From a virus, in the IMG/VR virus record IMGVR_UViG_3300032313_000668, positions 32,001 through 96,000 of that record: DNA of 64,000 nucleotides, one strand, 5' to 3'. Under the pieces are notes generated by a model. That model was given only the letters and a program-made list of their open reading frames with translations, searched no databases and had not been told where the DNA came from. Of the stretch, positions 46,866-55,578 are shown in pieces. Numbering within the stretch: the stretch's first letter is position 1; each line of letters starts with the position of its first letter. A program made the translations under genes and the position numbers.

Positions 46866-48677
46866 TTAGGCGTTGAGCCTACCCACATTTGTAAGTTCCC
46901 CAGCAGCACGCCTACCGATTTCGGAAGCAGCGCCTGTTGGGTCTAGCACTCCTGACATGACCGCCACCTTGCCGTGTCGTGTCAGTCTCTCAGCATAATG
47001 CCCTCCGTCAAACGGAAGCCATAAAATGGCTACGCCTGACTCGTTGCATCTAGCAATCCACTTCCTTGCAAACTCTCGTTCTTCGGTAGTGTATTGACCA
47101 TCTGAGACGACAACCAGCAGTCTAGCACCGCTTCCGTTCAGAAGATTGAGGCTTCCGTCAAGTGCTCGAAAAGCCTTGTCGAACTTCTCCGTGCCATCAG
47201 GTGCATTATAGACATTTACATCTTCTAGGTGTTGCCCTGACTTTAGGGTCGGAAACACATCTGAGCCGTAATAAACCATCGCACACTTGCCTTGCACACG
47301 GCGAACCGCCTCCGACATAACCCACGCTGTGGTTGCCATTGGTTGCATCGCAGAACCCATCGAACCTGAGATGTCCACCATCACGCCAACTGTAAGTGTT
47401 GGGTCTTCGGTGTGCTTGCGAACTGTGCGACGAAACGGCGCAACCTGTTGCATCACGCCACGCTCTTTGAGTGCTCGACCTTGAACCATCTGTCGAGTGC
47501 GTAGACGCCCTGGAGGTGTGATGCTTGCAATCTCTACCGCATCACGCTCACGATACTTTGCCTTTTCTAGCATCTGTGCAATCTGAACAGCAGCAATTCT
47601 CTCTTGTGGAGTTGGCTTGCGAGTCTCAACTAGGCGAGAGCCAGTCTTTGATGTGCCGACACCTGTGGATTTGTCAAACACCTCTTTTGCAGTATCTCTG
47701 TTCTTCTGTTGCTCTTTCGACTCTGCTTGCTTATCTTTTACTTCTTGTTCCCACTCTTCGGCTTGCTCTTGGTCTGCGAGCGCATCTGCGTTGCCAATCG
47801 AAATAACCGCACCTGCTTCTTCTAGTGCGTCCATCAGCATCTTTGCAAACTCTTTAGACATACCACTTGAGCCTTCGCCATCTTCGCCTGACTCAGGTTT
47901 GCCATCTTCTCCCTGACCATCGCCTTTTTCTTCGGCAACTTCACGAATAATCTTTGCCCACTCTTTAGCAAGTGGATAAAGAGGTTCGGCATTGGCATGC
48001 ATTGTGTGTGCTTGGAATTTGTGTGCAATCGCACGCAACTTCGCAATAACTTCGGGAGTCATGTAGCCATCTACTAACTCGACTAAATCTTTTACTTCAT
48101 CGGCATCGAGGATACCCGCATCTATACGAGCATGAACTGTTGCCACCAAAAAAGCAGCACTCTGAGTATTTGATGAGGTCTCGAACTTTTCTTTGGCATC
48201 TGAGATAACGATGTCCATCGCACATGCACGCAGGAAGTTGAGAGACTCAGGCATCGCCAAAAGCCCCTGAGCTTCAATACGACTTTCCTCTAATAGGACA
48301 AGTGCTTGGTGCTCATCTTTTTCTAAATCTTTGTATGCTTTTTCTAAATCCCAATTAGAGAACTTTGCGTGAAACGCCTCATGCATAATTGCACCAGTTG
48401 CTTTTGCAAACTCGAACTGTGTTGCTCTTTCAGTAAGGTCTCCAACTTGCTCAGGGGAAACCATCTTGCCAAAAGCAATCGCTGTATCTACTTCAATCTC
48501 TGCGAGCGCAGGGTTGTAGCACGCTGGTGCTCCATGTCCTGCATCTGTTCCAACATAACCAACTAGGTCATGGCGCTCACTCCATTTGTTAGCAAGTTCG
48601 CCAATCGCACGACCTACGGCAAGCCACTCAGGTGGAGTGTTGCTTGCTCTGTTCTCGCTGTGCTTTAGATGTGCCAT
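46866..48677 (-). CDS. vWA domain protein (CobT/NorD-like) with N-terminal HEXXH
   Basis: HEAFH, LEESRIE and MIDAS DISGSM...T...VVSDG. Confidence 0.9.
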   Translation of the reverse strand: MAHLKHSENRASNTPPEWLAVGRAIGELANKWSERHDLVGYVGTDAGHGAPACYNPALAEIEVDTAIAFGKMVSPEQVGDLTERATQFEFAKATGAIMHEAFHAKFSNWDLEKAYKDLEKDEHQALVLLEESRIEAQGLLAMPESLNFLRACAMDIVISDAKEKFETSSNTQSAAFLVATVHARIDAGILDADEVKDLVELVDGYMTPEVIAKLRAIAHKFQAHTMHANAEPLYPLAKEWAKIIREVAEEKGDGQGEDGKPESGEDGEGSSGMSKEFAKMLMDALEEAGAVISIGNADALADQEQAEEWEQEVKDKQAESKEQQKNRDTAKEVFDKSTGVGTSKTGSRLVETRKPTPQERIAAVQIAQMLEKAKYRERDAVEIASITPPGRLRTRQMVQGRALKERGVMQQVAPFRRTVRKHTEDPTLTVGVMVDISGSMGSAMQPMATTAWVMSEAVRRVQGKCAMVYYGSDVFPTLKSGQHLEDVNVYNAPDGTEKFDKAFRALDGSLNLLNGSGARLLVVVSDGQYTTEEREFARKWIARCNESGVAILWLPFDGGHYAERLTRHGKVAVMSGVLDPTGAASEIGRRAAGELTNVGRLNA

Positions 48678-48723
48678 TTTGTATCCTTCCGTTTTATGTC
48701 TCGGTGTCCAATCGAGTAATGCA

Positions 48724-48753
48724 ATTCTATAATGAAAAGTTGTTGGGTGTCAA
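48724..48753 (-). promoter_or_regulatory. promoter
   Basis: TTGACA-18-TAGAAT. Confidence 0.65.
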
Positions 48754-48820
48754 GTTAGGGTGGGAGAGGAGCGACACCCATGAAGCCCCTCCCCCTCAGC
48801 GAAATCTAAAACGAGGAGGA

Positions 48821-49855
48821 TTAGATTTTCGCTGGCTTGCACTCGGTGGCATACACACGAGTCAAGACATCAGCCACAATGGCTCTGTCCAACTCAGGTG
48901 AAGCAGCGAGCAGATTAGAAATCGCAAACTCAGTTCCGAAAGTTTCTGCGATGTCACGGAACGCAAGTAGTTCACGCATCTGTGGCGACCATGAAACTTC
49001 ACGAGCCAGTTGCTTCTTTGCCAAGTTTTGAGCAGCAGTCACCAATGGTGTTGGCACGCCCATCTTGCGAGACAAGTTCCAGTCGGTAGTCATTTCAACC
49101 TGCAAGGTGAAACGAGATAGCAACGCCTCAGAGAGACGAACTCCTGGAGCATTTGGGTTAGTTGCAGCAACTACAAAGAACTCGGGGTGAGCCTTGATAG
49201 TTCCTCGCTCAGGGTTTGCTGTGATTGTAAGTTCACGGCGTCCGTCCATCAGTCCGTAGACGATTGAAAGAACCTTAGGGTCAATCAAACCAATCTCGTC
49301 AATGAAGTAAACGCCACCAGTTTCGGCTGCTTTTACCAAGTCGCCATCAACCCACTCGAAGCCACCCGCAGGTGTCTGAACATAGCCACCAATCATGTCG
49401 GCAACTTCTGTATCGCCAGTTCCCATCAAGGTGTAAACATCTGAGTAAGCAGCTTCGACGAGTGCAGTTTTACCGCACCCTGGAGCGCCATAGAGAAGTG
49501 CGAACATCGCAGAACCTCCAGAGCCAGCAAACACTTTCGATGTTGCCTCACGAGCCTTGCGTAGTGTTAGAACATCTGAGTGTCCACCCCACTTGCGACC
49601 AAAATACTGTGAACCATTTGGACGAGTGTAAGCCTCTTCGCCTTCCATGCCATCAACCGCAACTGCTTGGTCAATCGCCTTCTTGCGAGGTGCACGCTCT
49701 GCACCTGATGCACGAGCAACATAGCGACCTGTTGGGTTCACTTTTGCGCTCAGTTGAACAGATGCTTCTTCGTTTCCGAACTGAGAAACAGTATCTATTA
49801 CTGCGTCCCAAAATCCTGCGCCAATGTCGGCGTAGCGTTCTTTTAGAGTTTCCAT
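48821..49855 (-). CDS. MoxR-type AAA+ ATPase (CbbQ/NorQ/CobS-like)
   Basis: GAPGCGKT, YFIDEI, ATNP, ALLSRF and RELL. Confidence 0.92.
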   Translation of the reverse strand: METLKERYADIGAGFWDAVIDTVSQFGNEEASVQLSAKVNPTGRYVARASGAERAPRKKAIDQAVAVDGMEGEEAYTRPNGSQYFGRKWGGHSDVLTLRKAREATSKVFAGSGGSAMFALLYGAPGCGKTALVEAAYSDVYTLMGTGDTEVADMIGGYVQTPAGGFEWVDGDLVKAAETGGVYFIDEIGLIDPKVLSIVYGLMDGRRELTITANPERGTIKAHPEFFVVAATNPNAPGVRLSEALLSRFTLQVEMTTDWNLSRKMGVPTPLVTAAQNLAKKQLAREVSWSPQMRELLAFRDIAETFGTEFAISNLLAASPELDRAIVADVLTRVYATECKPAKI

Positions 49856-49873
49856 TTTTACTTCTCCTCGTTC

Positions 49874-50326
49874 TTATGCAATCTCGGCTGGGAAGCCAAG
49901 AGCGTCTCTTGTTTGGTTGATGCGATACATCAACTTGTTGGGTGTCTTAGATAGTTTGACATCATCAAGGTCTTTCTTAGATGTCTCAATGAATAGAGTG
50001 TCCTTAGTCAATGTCCAGCCACCATTTTTGATGCCATCGAACAACTGAACTGCGAAACTCATACGAGTCTCTGTGAACTTCTCTTTTGCATCATTTGCGA
50101 GCGCCTCACCATTTAGGTCTGAGACTGCACGCCATGACAAGCCAGAACTGCGCCATTGTTTCTTTGGAGTCAATGGAGTAGTGACCCTGCGATAAAGTGA
50201 TGCAGGAACTTCTTTTCCATCATTGGCGTAGCCATCAGGAGTGATGAGTATTTGCATCATCGCCCCAGGTTTGCGGAACTCCGCATAAAGTGCAATTCCT
50301 TGCACATCTTTCGTTGCATCTAGCAT
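49874..50326 (-). CDS. hypothetical protein
   Basis: RBS GAAAGGA; first gene of the MoxR unit. Confidence 0.7.
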   Translation of the reverse strand: MLDATKDVQGIALYAEFRKPGAMMQILITPDGYANDGKEVPASLYRRVTTPLTPKKQWRSSGLSWRAVSDLNGEALANDAKEKFTETRMSFAVQLFDGIKNGGWTLTKDTLFIETSKKDLDDVKLSKTPNKLMYRINQTRDALGFPAEIA

Positions 50327-50380
50327 CTTGTTTCCTTTCGGGTTATGGGTGTCTGCTAGGACTTATTTAGTTATGTTCTT

Positions 50381-50410
50381 ATCATAGAGAGGAGTGCAGG
50401 AAGATGTCAA
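50381..50410 (-). promoter_or_regulatory. early promoter with inverted spacer motif
   Basis: TTGACA-18-TATGAT with CTTCCTGCA. Confidence 0.75.
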
Positions 50411-50442
50411 GTCCAAACACCCCTCTCTTGATAACAATTTGA

Positions 50443-50898
50443 TTACGAGGTGAAGACCTTTGCTAAATCAGGATACTTAGCAAGGAACTCTTCGTTCTTT
50501 TGCTTGTCCAATTCCATTGTTGAATTAGGAACTAGAACTTCGTAATTCGAGATGTAATCATCGAAGCTAATTTCTGCAAGCACATTGTCTGAGTTGTCGT
50601 TTTCACAAACCAAAACCATTTGCTTTTCAAAATCTGCAATCAAGATGTAGTTGTAATCTGCACCATGTGAAGTGCCACCTACATAAAGACCAAAACCAGT
50701 TTCGCTAGTCCATTGGTCTCCAACTAACTGCGAAACCATAATGCGTGTTGCATAAGAGTCATCTGACCAGCGTGGTCGTGCTGCCCCTAATGCCTCAGCA
50801 AACCAGCGATTTTGTTCTTCGCCAGACCAATGCTGATACAAAAAGATTGTTGGTGTTGCAGACTTTGCTCTAAAACCTGCTACTGCTCTATCTCCCAT
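50443..50898 (-). CDS. conserved phage hypothetical protein
   Basis: MGDRA...LYQHW.G...RW.D.SYATRI. Confidence 0.75.
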   Translation of the reverse strand: MGDRAVAGFRAKSATPTIFLYQHWSGEEQNRWFAEALGAARPRWSDDSYATRIMVSQLVGDQWTSETGFGLYVGGTSHGADYNYILIADFEKQMVLVCENDNSDNVLAEISFDDYISNYEVLVPNSTMELDKQKNEEFLAKYPDLAKVFTS

Positions 50899-50944
50899 GA
50901 TGTGTCCTTATCGTCGTTATCCCTGCCTGTGTGGCATTGAGATA

Positions 50945-50974
50945 AGTATTGCATCATCTCCCTGCACTTGTCAA
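50945..50974 (-). promoter_or_regulatory. early promoter
   Basis: TTGACA-18-AATACT with TGCAGGGAG; GACAC 26 nt upstream. Confidence 0.7.
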
Positions 50975-51091
50975 GTCCATTTGAAAAAATCTTTTTCGGC
51001 GTGTCGCGGAAATGTTAGTGAGCCAGTTTTATCACGACATGGCTCAGGTCGGTGTTCAGGAGGAAACGACGAAGAAACCTCCCGAAGTTTT

Positions 51092-51361
51092 TTACTTCTC
51101 GAACTCTGTCAGGTTTACGCCAAGACTGTCAAGTCGAGCACGTAGTGCTTCTTCCGAAGCTCCAGGTTCGTAAGACTCTGTGAGAACTCTTGCTACTTCA
51201 GGTCGAGCCCAGTCTGATGCACCTTCAATGATTGCCCAGTCAGTTTCGTCCCAATGGGTGGTCTCCATAATGGTTAGACCAGATGCGTTGCCGTAGCTGC
51301 CGTCTTCAGCAAAGTAATGCAAAGAGCGAACAGCTTCTTCTGTGTTTTTTACCTCGGTCAT
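51092..51361 (-). CDS. hypothetical protein
   Basis: YFAEDGSYG.A motif. Confidence 0.7.
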   Translation of the reverse strand: MTEVKNTEEAVRSLHYFAEDGSYGNASGLTIMETTHWDETDWAIIEGASDWARPEVARVLTESYEPGASEEALRARLDSLGVNLTEFEK

Positions 51362-51452
51362 TTGAATCTCCTTCCGTGTCTAGTGTATCTGTTTTTTACC
51401 TGCGCTCGCCATAAGAAAGGGGGCTCTCGCCCCCTCCCTCACGCCGTAAGTT

Positions 51453-52157
51453 TTACTCTTGCCCGACAAGCATCTCAGAGATTTCTTCTATCTCCGATAC
51501 TGCTTTCTCGGTTGCCTTCTTGTTATTAGGGCAATCGTCATACCAATCTTCTTCATCCCAGCCCTGAGCACAAGCACATCCGTCCTCGTTGTCTCGGCTT
51601 ACATAGTCTGCGTGGCTTTGTGGAATGTCCCACTCGTCGCTTACCGATAACTCGCCGTCCGTGCCCTCGAACTCCACGCCCCAGCCTTGTTCCTCTTCGC
51701 AGTGGAACTTGAAGGTAAGGGTCGGGAACTGTTCAACCATTGCTCGGTATGCTCCCTCCGCAGGAGACCAAGCCGTGCTGAAACTGTATTGAAGTTCAGT
51801 AGGACTGTCCGTGCCGAGGTCGGGGTCGGAAGCATCCCACTTCGTGCCCCAGTTGCGAATGTTCCAGTCATACCAGCCGTCGGACTTGAACTGCATAGAG
51901 AGAGCCATCTTCTCTTCCATAGATAGTTCGTCGTATCCCTCGGGTTTGTAATCGCTCGCCCCAAAATACAGTTGCTTGTTTTCTGGCTCTATGAAGTTCC
52001 AGAACTGTATGACGCCTTCGTGTGTTCCTTCTACTTGTTGATTTGTTTTGTAATCTTCGTAGTAGGTGGTGTAAGGCTTTGATGCAAGTTCCTTGAACTC
52101 CGCAATCGCTTTTTCATCACCAGTTATGGTGAGGTTGTTATAGACCCAATTTGGCAT
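51453..52157 (-). CDS. DUF1281/YubB-like ferredoxin-fold protein
   Basis: MPNW..N, WYDWN..NWGTKWD and FSTAWSP. Confidence 0.85.
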   Translation of the reverse strand: MPNWVYNNLTITGDEKAIAEFKELASKPYTTYYEDYKTNQQVEGTHEGVIQFWNFIEPENKQLYFGASDYKPEGYDELSMEEKMALSMQFKSDGWYDWNIRNWGTKWDASDPDLGTDSPTELQYSFSTAWSPAEGAYRAMVEQFPTLTFKFHCEEEQGWGVEFEGTDGELSVSDEWDIPQSHADYVSRDNEDGCACAQGWDEEDWYDDCPNNKKATEKAVSEIEEISEMLVGQE

Positions 52158-52210
52158 TTTATTTCCTTTCGTCGTTTTGGTTAGTAAGGGAGGAAGCCCC
52201 TACGAGTTCT

Positions 52211-52239
52211 ATCATAAAGGCTTCCTCATCTGTTGTCAA
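52211..52239 (-). promoter_or_regulatory. early promoter inside a GAGGAAGCC inverted repeat
   Basis: TTGACA-17-TATGAT. Confidence 0.75.
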
Positions 52240-52242
52240 GTA

Positions 52243-52398
52243 TTACGCCTCGAAGTCCCAGCGAGCGCCGACTTCATAATCCTTGAAGTCATCCGCAATC
52301 CAGTCGTCAAGTTGTTTGATGGCATCCATACCATCCTCCGCCTCGACCTCAACTTCATAATTTTTAGTGAGTGTTGCTCTTACAGTTATCTTCGTCAT
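52243..52398 (-). CDS. small hypothetical protein (not in track)
   Basis: MTKITVRATLTKNYEVEVEAED...; RBS AAGGAG. Confidence 0.65.
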   Translation of the reverse strand: MTKITVRATLTKNYEVEVEAEDGMDAIKQLDDWIADDFKDYEVGARWDFEA

Positions 52399-52400
52399 TT

Positions 52401-52601
52401 TTACTCCTTTGCCAATGCAACTGTGTTTAGTAATTCAAGTGCTGGAAGATACTCTGTTTCGTAATCTTCTTCACGCCACTCTTGTTTTTCTTCGTCATAG
52501 AGTGAGCCTTCGTGAAACTTTGCTGTGAAGGTGTCGTCGTCAATGTGGACTGACTTGTTGTCAATGTCCACTGCAATCACAAAATGAACTGTGCGTGCCA
52601 T
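52401..52601 (-). CDS. hypothetical protein
   Basis: Conserved leader; resembles ORF 37182 (HFVIAVD / HLVVAYN). Confidence 0.65.
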   Translation of the reverse strand: MARTVHFVIAVDIDNKSVHIDDDTFTAKFHEGSLYDEEKQEWREEDYETEYLPALELLNTVALAKE

Positions 52602-52636
52602 CTTGTTTCCTTTCGTCGTTTGTTGATGGTGAACTT

Positions 52637-52665
52637 ATTATTACACCTTCCTGCACACTTGTCAA
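52637..52665 (-). promoter_or_regulatory. early promoter
   Basis: TTGACA-17-AATAAT with TGCAGGAAGG; GACAC 26 nt upstream. Confidence 0.75.
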
Positions 52666-52776
52666 GTTTTGTTGGGAAAAAGTTTTTCGGCGTGTCGTTC
52701 AGTTGACGAGGGCCCTGGAATTAAAGAAGGAAAGTTATTGTGAAGTTAGTGCAGGAAACTTGCTGACATCAACGAA

Positions 52777-52950
52777 CTACTCCTCTGGAGTTTGTTCCTC
52801 AATCGCTGTGCGATTTTTTACCTCACGAGTTCGCATCCGCTTTGTGCGTCGGTCTTCAAATACCTGGGACTTCTGATTCTGAACATAGTTTCCAGGCACG
52901 CCTTTAGTTATCCGCTTGATGCGCTCGCGTTCCCGCTTCTTCTCGTCCAT
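52777..52950 (-). CDS. small basic protein (not in track)
   Basis: MDEKKRERERIKR...FEDRRTKRMRTR; apparently leaderless. Confidence 0.55.
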   Translation of the reverse strand: MDEKKRERERIKRITKGVPGNYVQNQKSQVFEDRRTKRMRTREVKNRTAIEEQTPEE

Positions 52951-53036
52951 CTTTAAATTTTACCCCGTCAAAGAAAAACGACCCGCCAAGTCCCGTCGCT
53001 GCGGGTGCTTATTGGCGAGCCGTTAAATTTTTTTAC

Positions 53037-53162
53037 TTACTCTGAATCCCTGGCCGTATCAGCTTTCTCGAGCATTGCATCCGTGAACTCTTCTGCGGTT
53101 GGTTCCCAGTCTTCGGGCTTATCGCGAGCCGTGCTCTCAAGCCACTCTACGTATCCGCGCAT
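53037..53162 (-). CDS. small acidic protein (not in track)
   Basis: TAATG coupling; RBS GGAGG. Confidence 0.5.
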   Translation of the reverse strand: MRGYVEWLESTARDKPEDWEPTAEEFTDAMLEKADTARDSE

Positions 53163-53359
53163 TACGCCACCTCCTCTAGAAACTCTACCTTTACCGCATC
53201 TCCCAGTTCGTTCATTTTTACCAAGCCGTAGATGTCTTCTATAAAAGTCTCACGGGCATAGTCCGCAAACTCTTTGTCCGTCATGGTTGTATCCATGCCG
53301 TCTTCTAGAAACGCTTTGTCGAATTCAAAAGTGATGTGCGCTTTTACATACCTGCCCAT
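53162..53359 (-). CDS. hypothetical protein
   Basis: TAATG coupling. Confidence 0.65.
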   Translation of the reverse strand: MGRYVKAHITFEFDKAFLEDGMDTTMTDKEFADYARETFIEDIYGLVKMNELGDAVKVEFLEEVA

Positions 53360-53538
53360 TACTTCACCAACTCAAGCCGTTGACCCAACCCGAGTCCTAG
53401 CTTGCCCGTGCCGTTAAGTTCAAAACAACTTTGGCACATGTAGGCCCAAGGGCCCATTACAGTGGCGGCATCATAGCGAGCCGTTTCACCGCAATTGAAA
53501 TCGCACTGTGGCATTACTGCTACGCGAGCCGTTTCCAT
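53359..53538 (-). CDS. small zinc-finger protein (not in track)
   Basis: CDF.C...YDA.T..GPWA.MC..CF...GLG.GQ. Confidence 0.75.
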   Translation of the reverse strand: METARVAVMPQCDFNCGETARYDAATVMGPWAYMCQSCFELNGTGKLGLGLGQRLELVK

Positions 53539-53984
53539 TATGCGCTCACCTCTTCTGGTGTCATTGGGTTCTCAGCGGTCAGGCCCGTTGCGTTGCGGTA
53601 GAGGCGTGCACCGTCAGACCACTCTGACCAGTATCCGTCCGAGCCGATATCCACTGCATCACCGTAAACATCTTTGAGGTGGATAAGGCAAGCCGTAACT
53701 ACTGGGTCATACGATTTGCGTGCCGTCTTGCAGAAATTGAATCCGCTAGCGTCCACGGCCCAATAAAAGGTTTCGTGAGAATCCGCGCCGTATCCATTGA
53801 ATGAAACTAATGAATCGGAAATCTCCCACCCACCTAGCTTCTCGCCCATGCCGTCAGCGATTTGAATGTTGTCGTGTTGTGTTGCGTATTCAATAATCGT
53901 GCGAGCGCCGCGAGCAAACATTTCGAATCGCAGTGCATCATCGCGAGTAGTGCCTACCTTTGAGAAATAGTGTGTGTATCCCAC
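53538..53984 (-). CDS. conserved phage hypothetical protein
   Basis: MGYTHY...HETF...FCKTARK.YD..V. Confidence 0.8.
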   Translation of the reverse strand: MGYTHYFSKVGTTRDDALRFEMFARGARTIIEYATQHDNIQIADGMGEKLGGWEISDSLVSFNGYGADSHETFYWAVDASGFNFCKTARKSYDPVVTACLIHLKDVYGDAVDIGSDGYWSEWSDGARLYRNATGLTAENPMTPEEVSA

Positions 53985-54052
53985 TTGGGTGTCTCCTTCA
54001 TCGTTTTTGTTATTAGGGGGTTCCCTAATATTTTCTATTATAGAGTGTTGAC

Positions 54053-54286
54053 TTAATACTTGTCAAGTGCTTTCTGCATTTTTATCAAAGATTTATCAAA
54101 ATCTCTTTGAACATTTCTATACTTCCTTTGATACTTCCTGCCCTCAATTGAAGGTGGGATGTAGGTGCTTCTTCTTATCTGTCGTCTATAGCTTGGCTTA
54201 AAGTGGATTACTGCCCAAACAAATAAAGTCAGACCACTACCAATTAACATTCCAGCAATTAATAGAATGAGTTCTCTTGTTTCCAT
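54053..54286 (-). CDS. small membrane protein
   Basis: N-terminal TM segment and basic tail. Confidence 0.6.
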   Translation of the reverse strand: METRELILLIAGMLIGSGLTLFVWAVIHFKPSYRRQIRRSTYIPPSIEGRKYQRKYRNVQRDFDKSLIKMQKALDKY

Positions 54287-54289
54287 TTT

Positions 54290-54538
54290 TTATCCTTTTG
54301 TCATTTCTGCTGTTTCTATAAACCCAGCGCCGTTTAGTTCAGGGTCGCGGGCAGGTATTAAGACGTGACCATTATCAAAAATTAAAACAATCGCGCCTTC
54401 TGAATCGTATTCGTCCCAGCCGAAAGCTTCAAGTTCTGATTCTGTCATAGGGCGTACCGAAACTAACTTCGCTCCAATAGCGCCTTTGCACTGGTCCGCA
54501 TAGAACTGTTTCACTTCGTCTTTTGTTTTTATGTTCAT
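54290..54538 (-). CDS. hypothetical protein
   Basis: VRPMT..E...GW...RDPE.NG.G; own TTGACA/TATAAT promoter. Confidence 0.7.
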   Translation of the reverse strand: MNIKTKDEVKQFYADQCKGAIGAKLVSVRPMTESELEAFGWDEYDSEGAIVLIFDNGHVLIPARDPELNGAGFIETAEMTKG

Positions 54539-54580
54539 CTTTCCTCCTAAATCTATTATAGAACAACAGATTTACATTTG

Positions 54581-54895
54581 TCAACTATTTGATAAAACTT
54601 CTTTTGTGATGAGAATAAAGGCAACCACTGACATTATTAAACCAACAACCCAATAAAAACTATCTTGAGCAATGAAGATTCCCAGGGATGTAAATGTGCT
54701 GGTTATGCCTAGGGCCCAACCCCACTCAACACCAAGACGCTTCCATAGGAGAAGCCACATCGATAGTGGCCATATAAGAATCTGCAGCATTGCCCAAACG
54801 GGCAGCAAGCCGCTAGGCGTGAAGTCGTCATCGTATCCGTTGTTAGCGTCAGCTCGAGCCGCGGCTACGTTCCAAAGTATAAATAGTTCAATCAT
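54581..54895 (-). CDS. multi-TM membrane protein
   Basis: Three hydrophobic segments; leaderless promoter at 54902-54930. Confidence 0.65.
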   Translation of the reverse strand: MIELFILWNVAAARADANNGYDDDFTPSGLLPVWAMLQILIWPLSMWLLLWKRLGVEWGWALGITSTFTSLGIFIAQDSFYWVVGLIMSVVAFILITKEVLSNS

Positions 54896-54914
54896 ATGTT
54901 TATCATAGAGCGAA

Positions 54915-55560
54915 CGGGTACCGTTGTCAACCTGGTTAAATTTAAGTTACCAGCTGATAGCTCGCCGTTTTAAAAAGTTATTTGTTTCTCGGGCGGGCCG
55001 CGGGTTAGTTTCTCGGCCGCTCGGTTGAGAAACCTAATCCTACCCACCGTGTCAAGTCCTGTCAAGCAGCAAACCGTTTCATAGGTTGTTCAACTTGGGC
55101 GAGCCGCTGTGGGCTACATCCAAACAACTCACCGTCAACCAGGCAGCTGTACCTTCAGAGCTCGCCGTTAAAGTTATTCGGTTCTGCTTACCTGGCCGCC
55201 AACTTCAGAACCCATTCTGAACTCTCACCGTTAATACTTGGCGCAGCTATACCAGGCCGCTTTAAATTTTTTACCTCCCTGATTTTTTACCGTCAGCAGC
55301 TGAGCTGCGGCCGCCAGGTCAACATCGCAATAACTCTCCGTTATACGCGGGCCGCCTGGTTTTTCCGCCCGTCCGTTCCAGATGGTGAGCTCGCCGCCAG
55401 GTAAAAGTTATTGGGATGTTTGGTAACCAAGGTACCCCGAGCTCGCCGTCCCATACAAACTTAGTTCTAAGGTTGTACGGCAAGTTCTATGATGGGAACC
55501 TTAAGCTCCAGTCCGCTGCCGTTAAAGTTATTTGAATGTTCCGTCAGCAATGTCGGTGGT
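54915..55560. repeat. non-coding block of dispersed short repeats
   Basis: AGCTCGCCG x4, AAGTTATT x4, GGCCGC, CCWGG and CAGCTG repeated; CCG roughly every 30 nt. Confidence 0.7.
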
Positions 55561-55578
55561 TACCGTTATGCTGGATGT

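Noticed and set aside
54915-55560. CRISPR array
   Set aside because: Repeats are only 8-9 nt with irregular spacing, and no cas genes are visible
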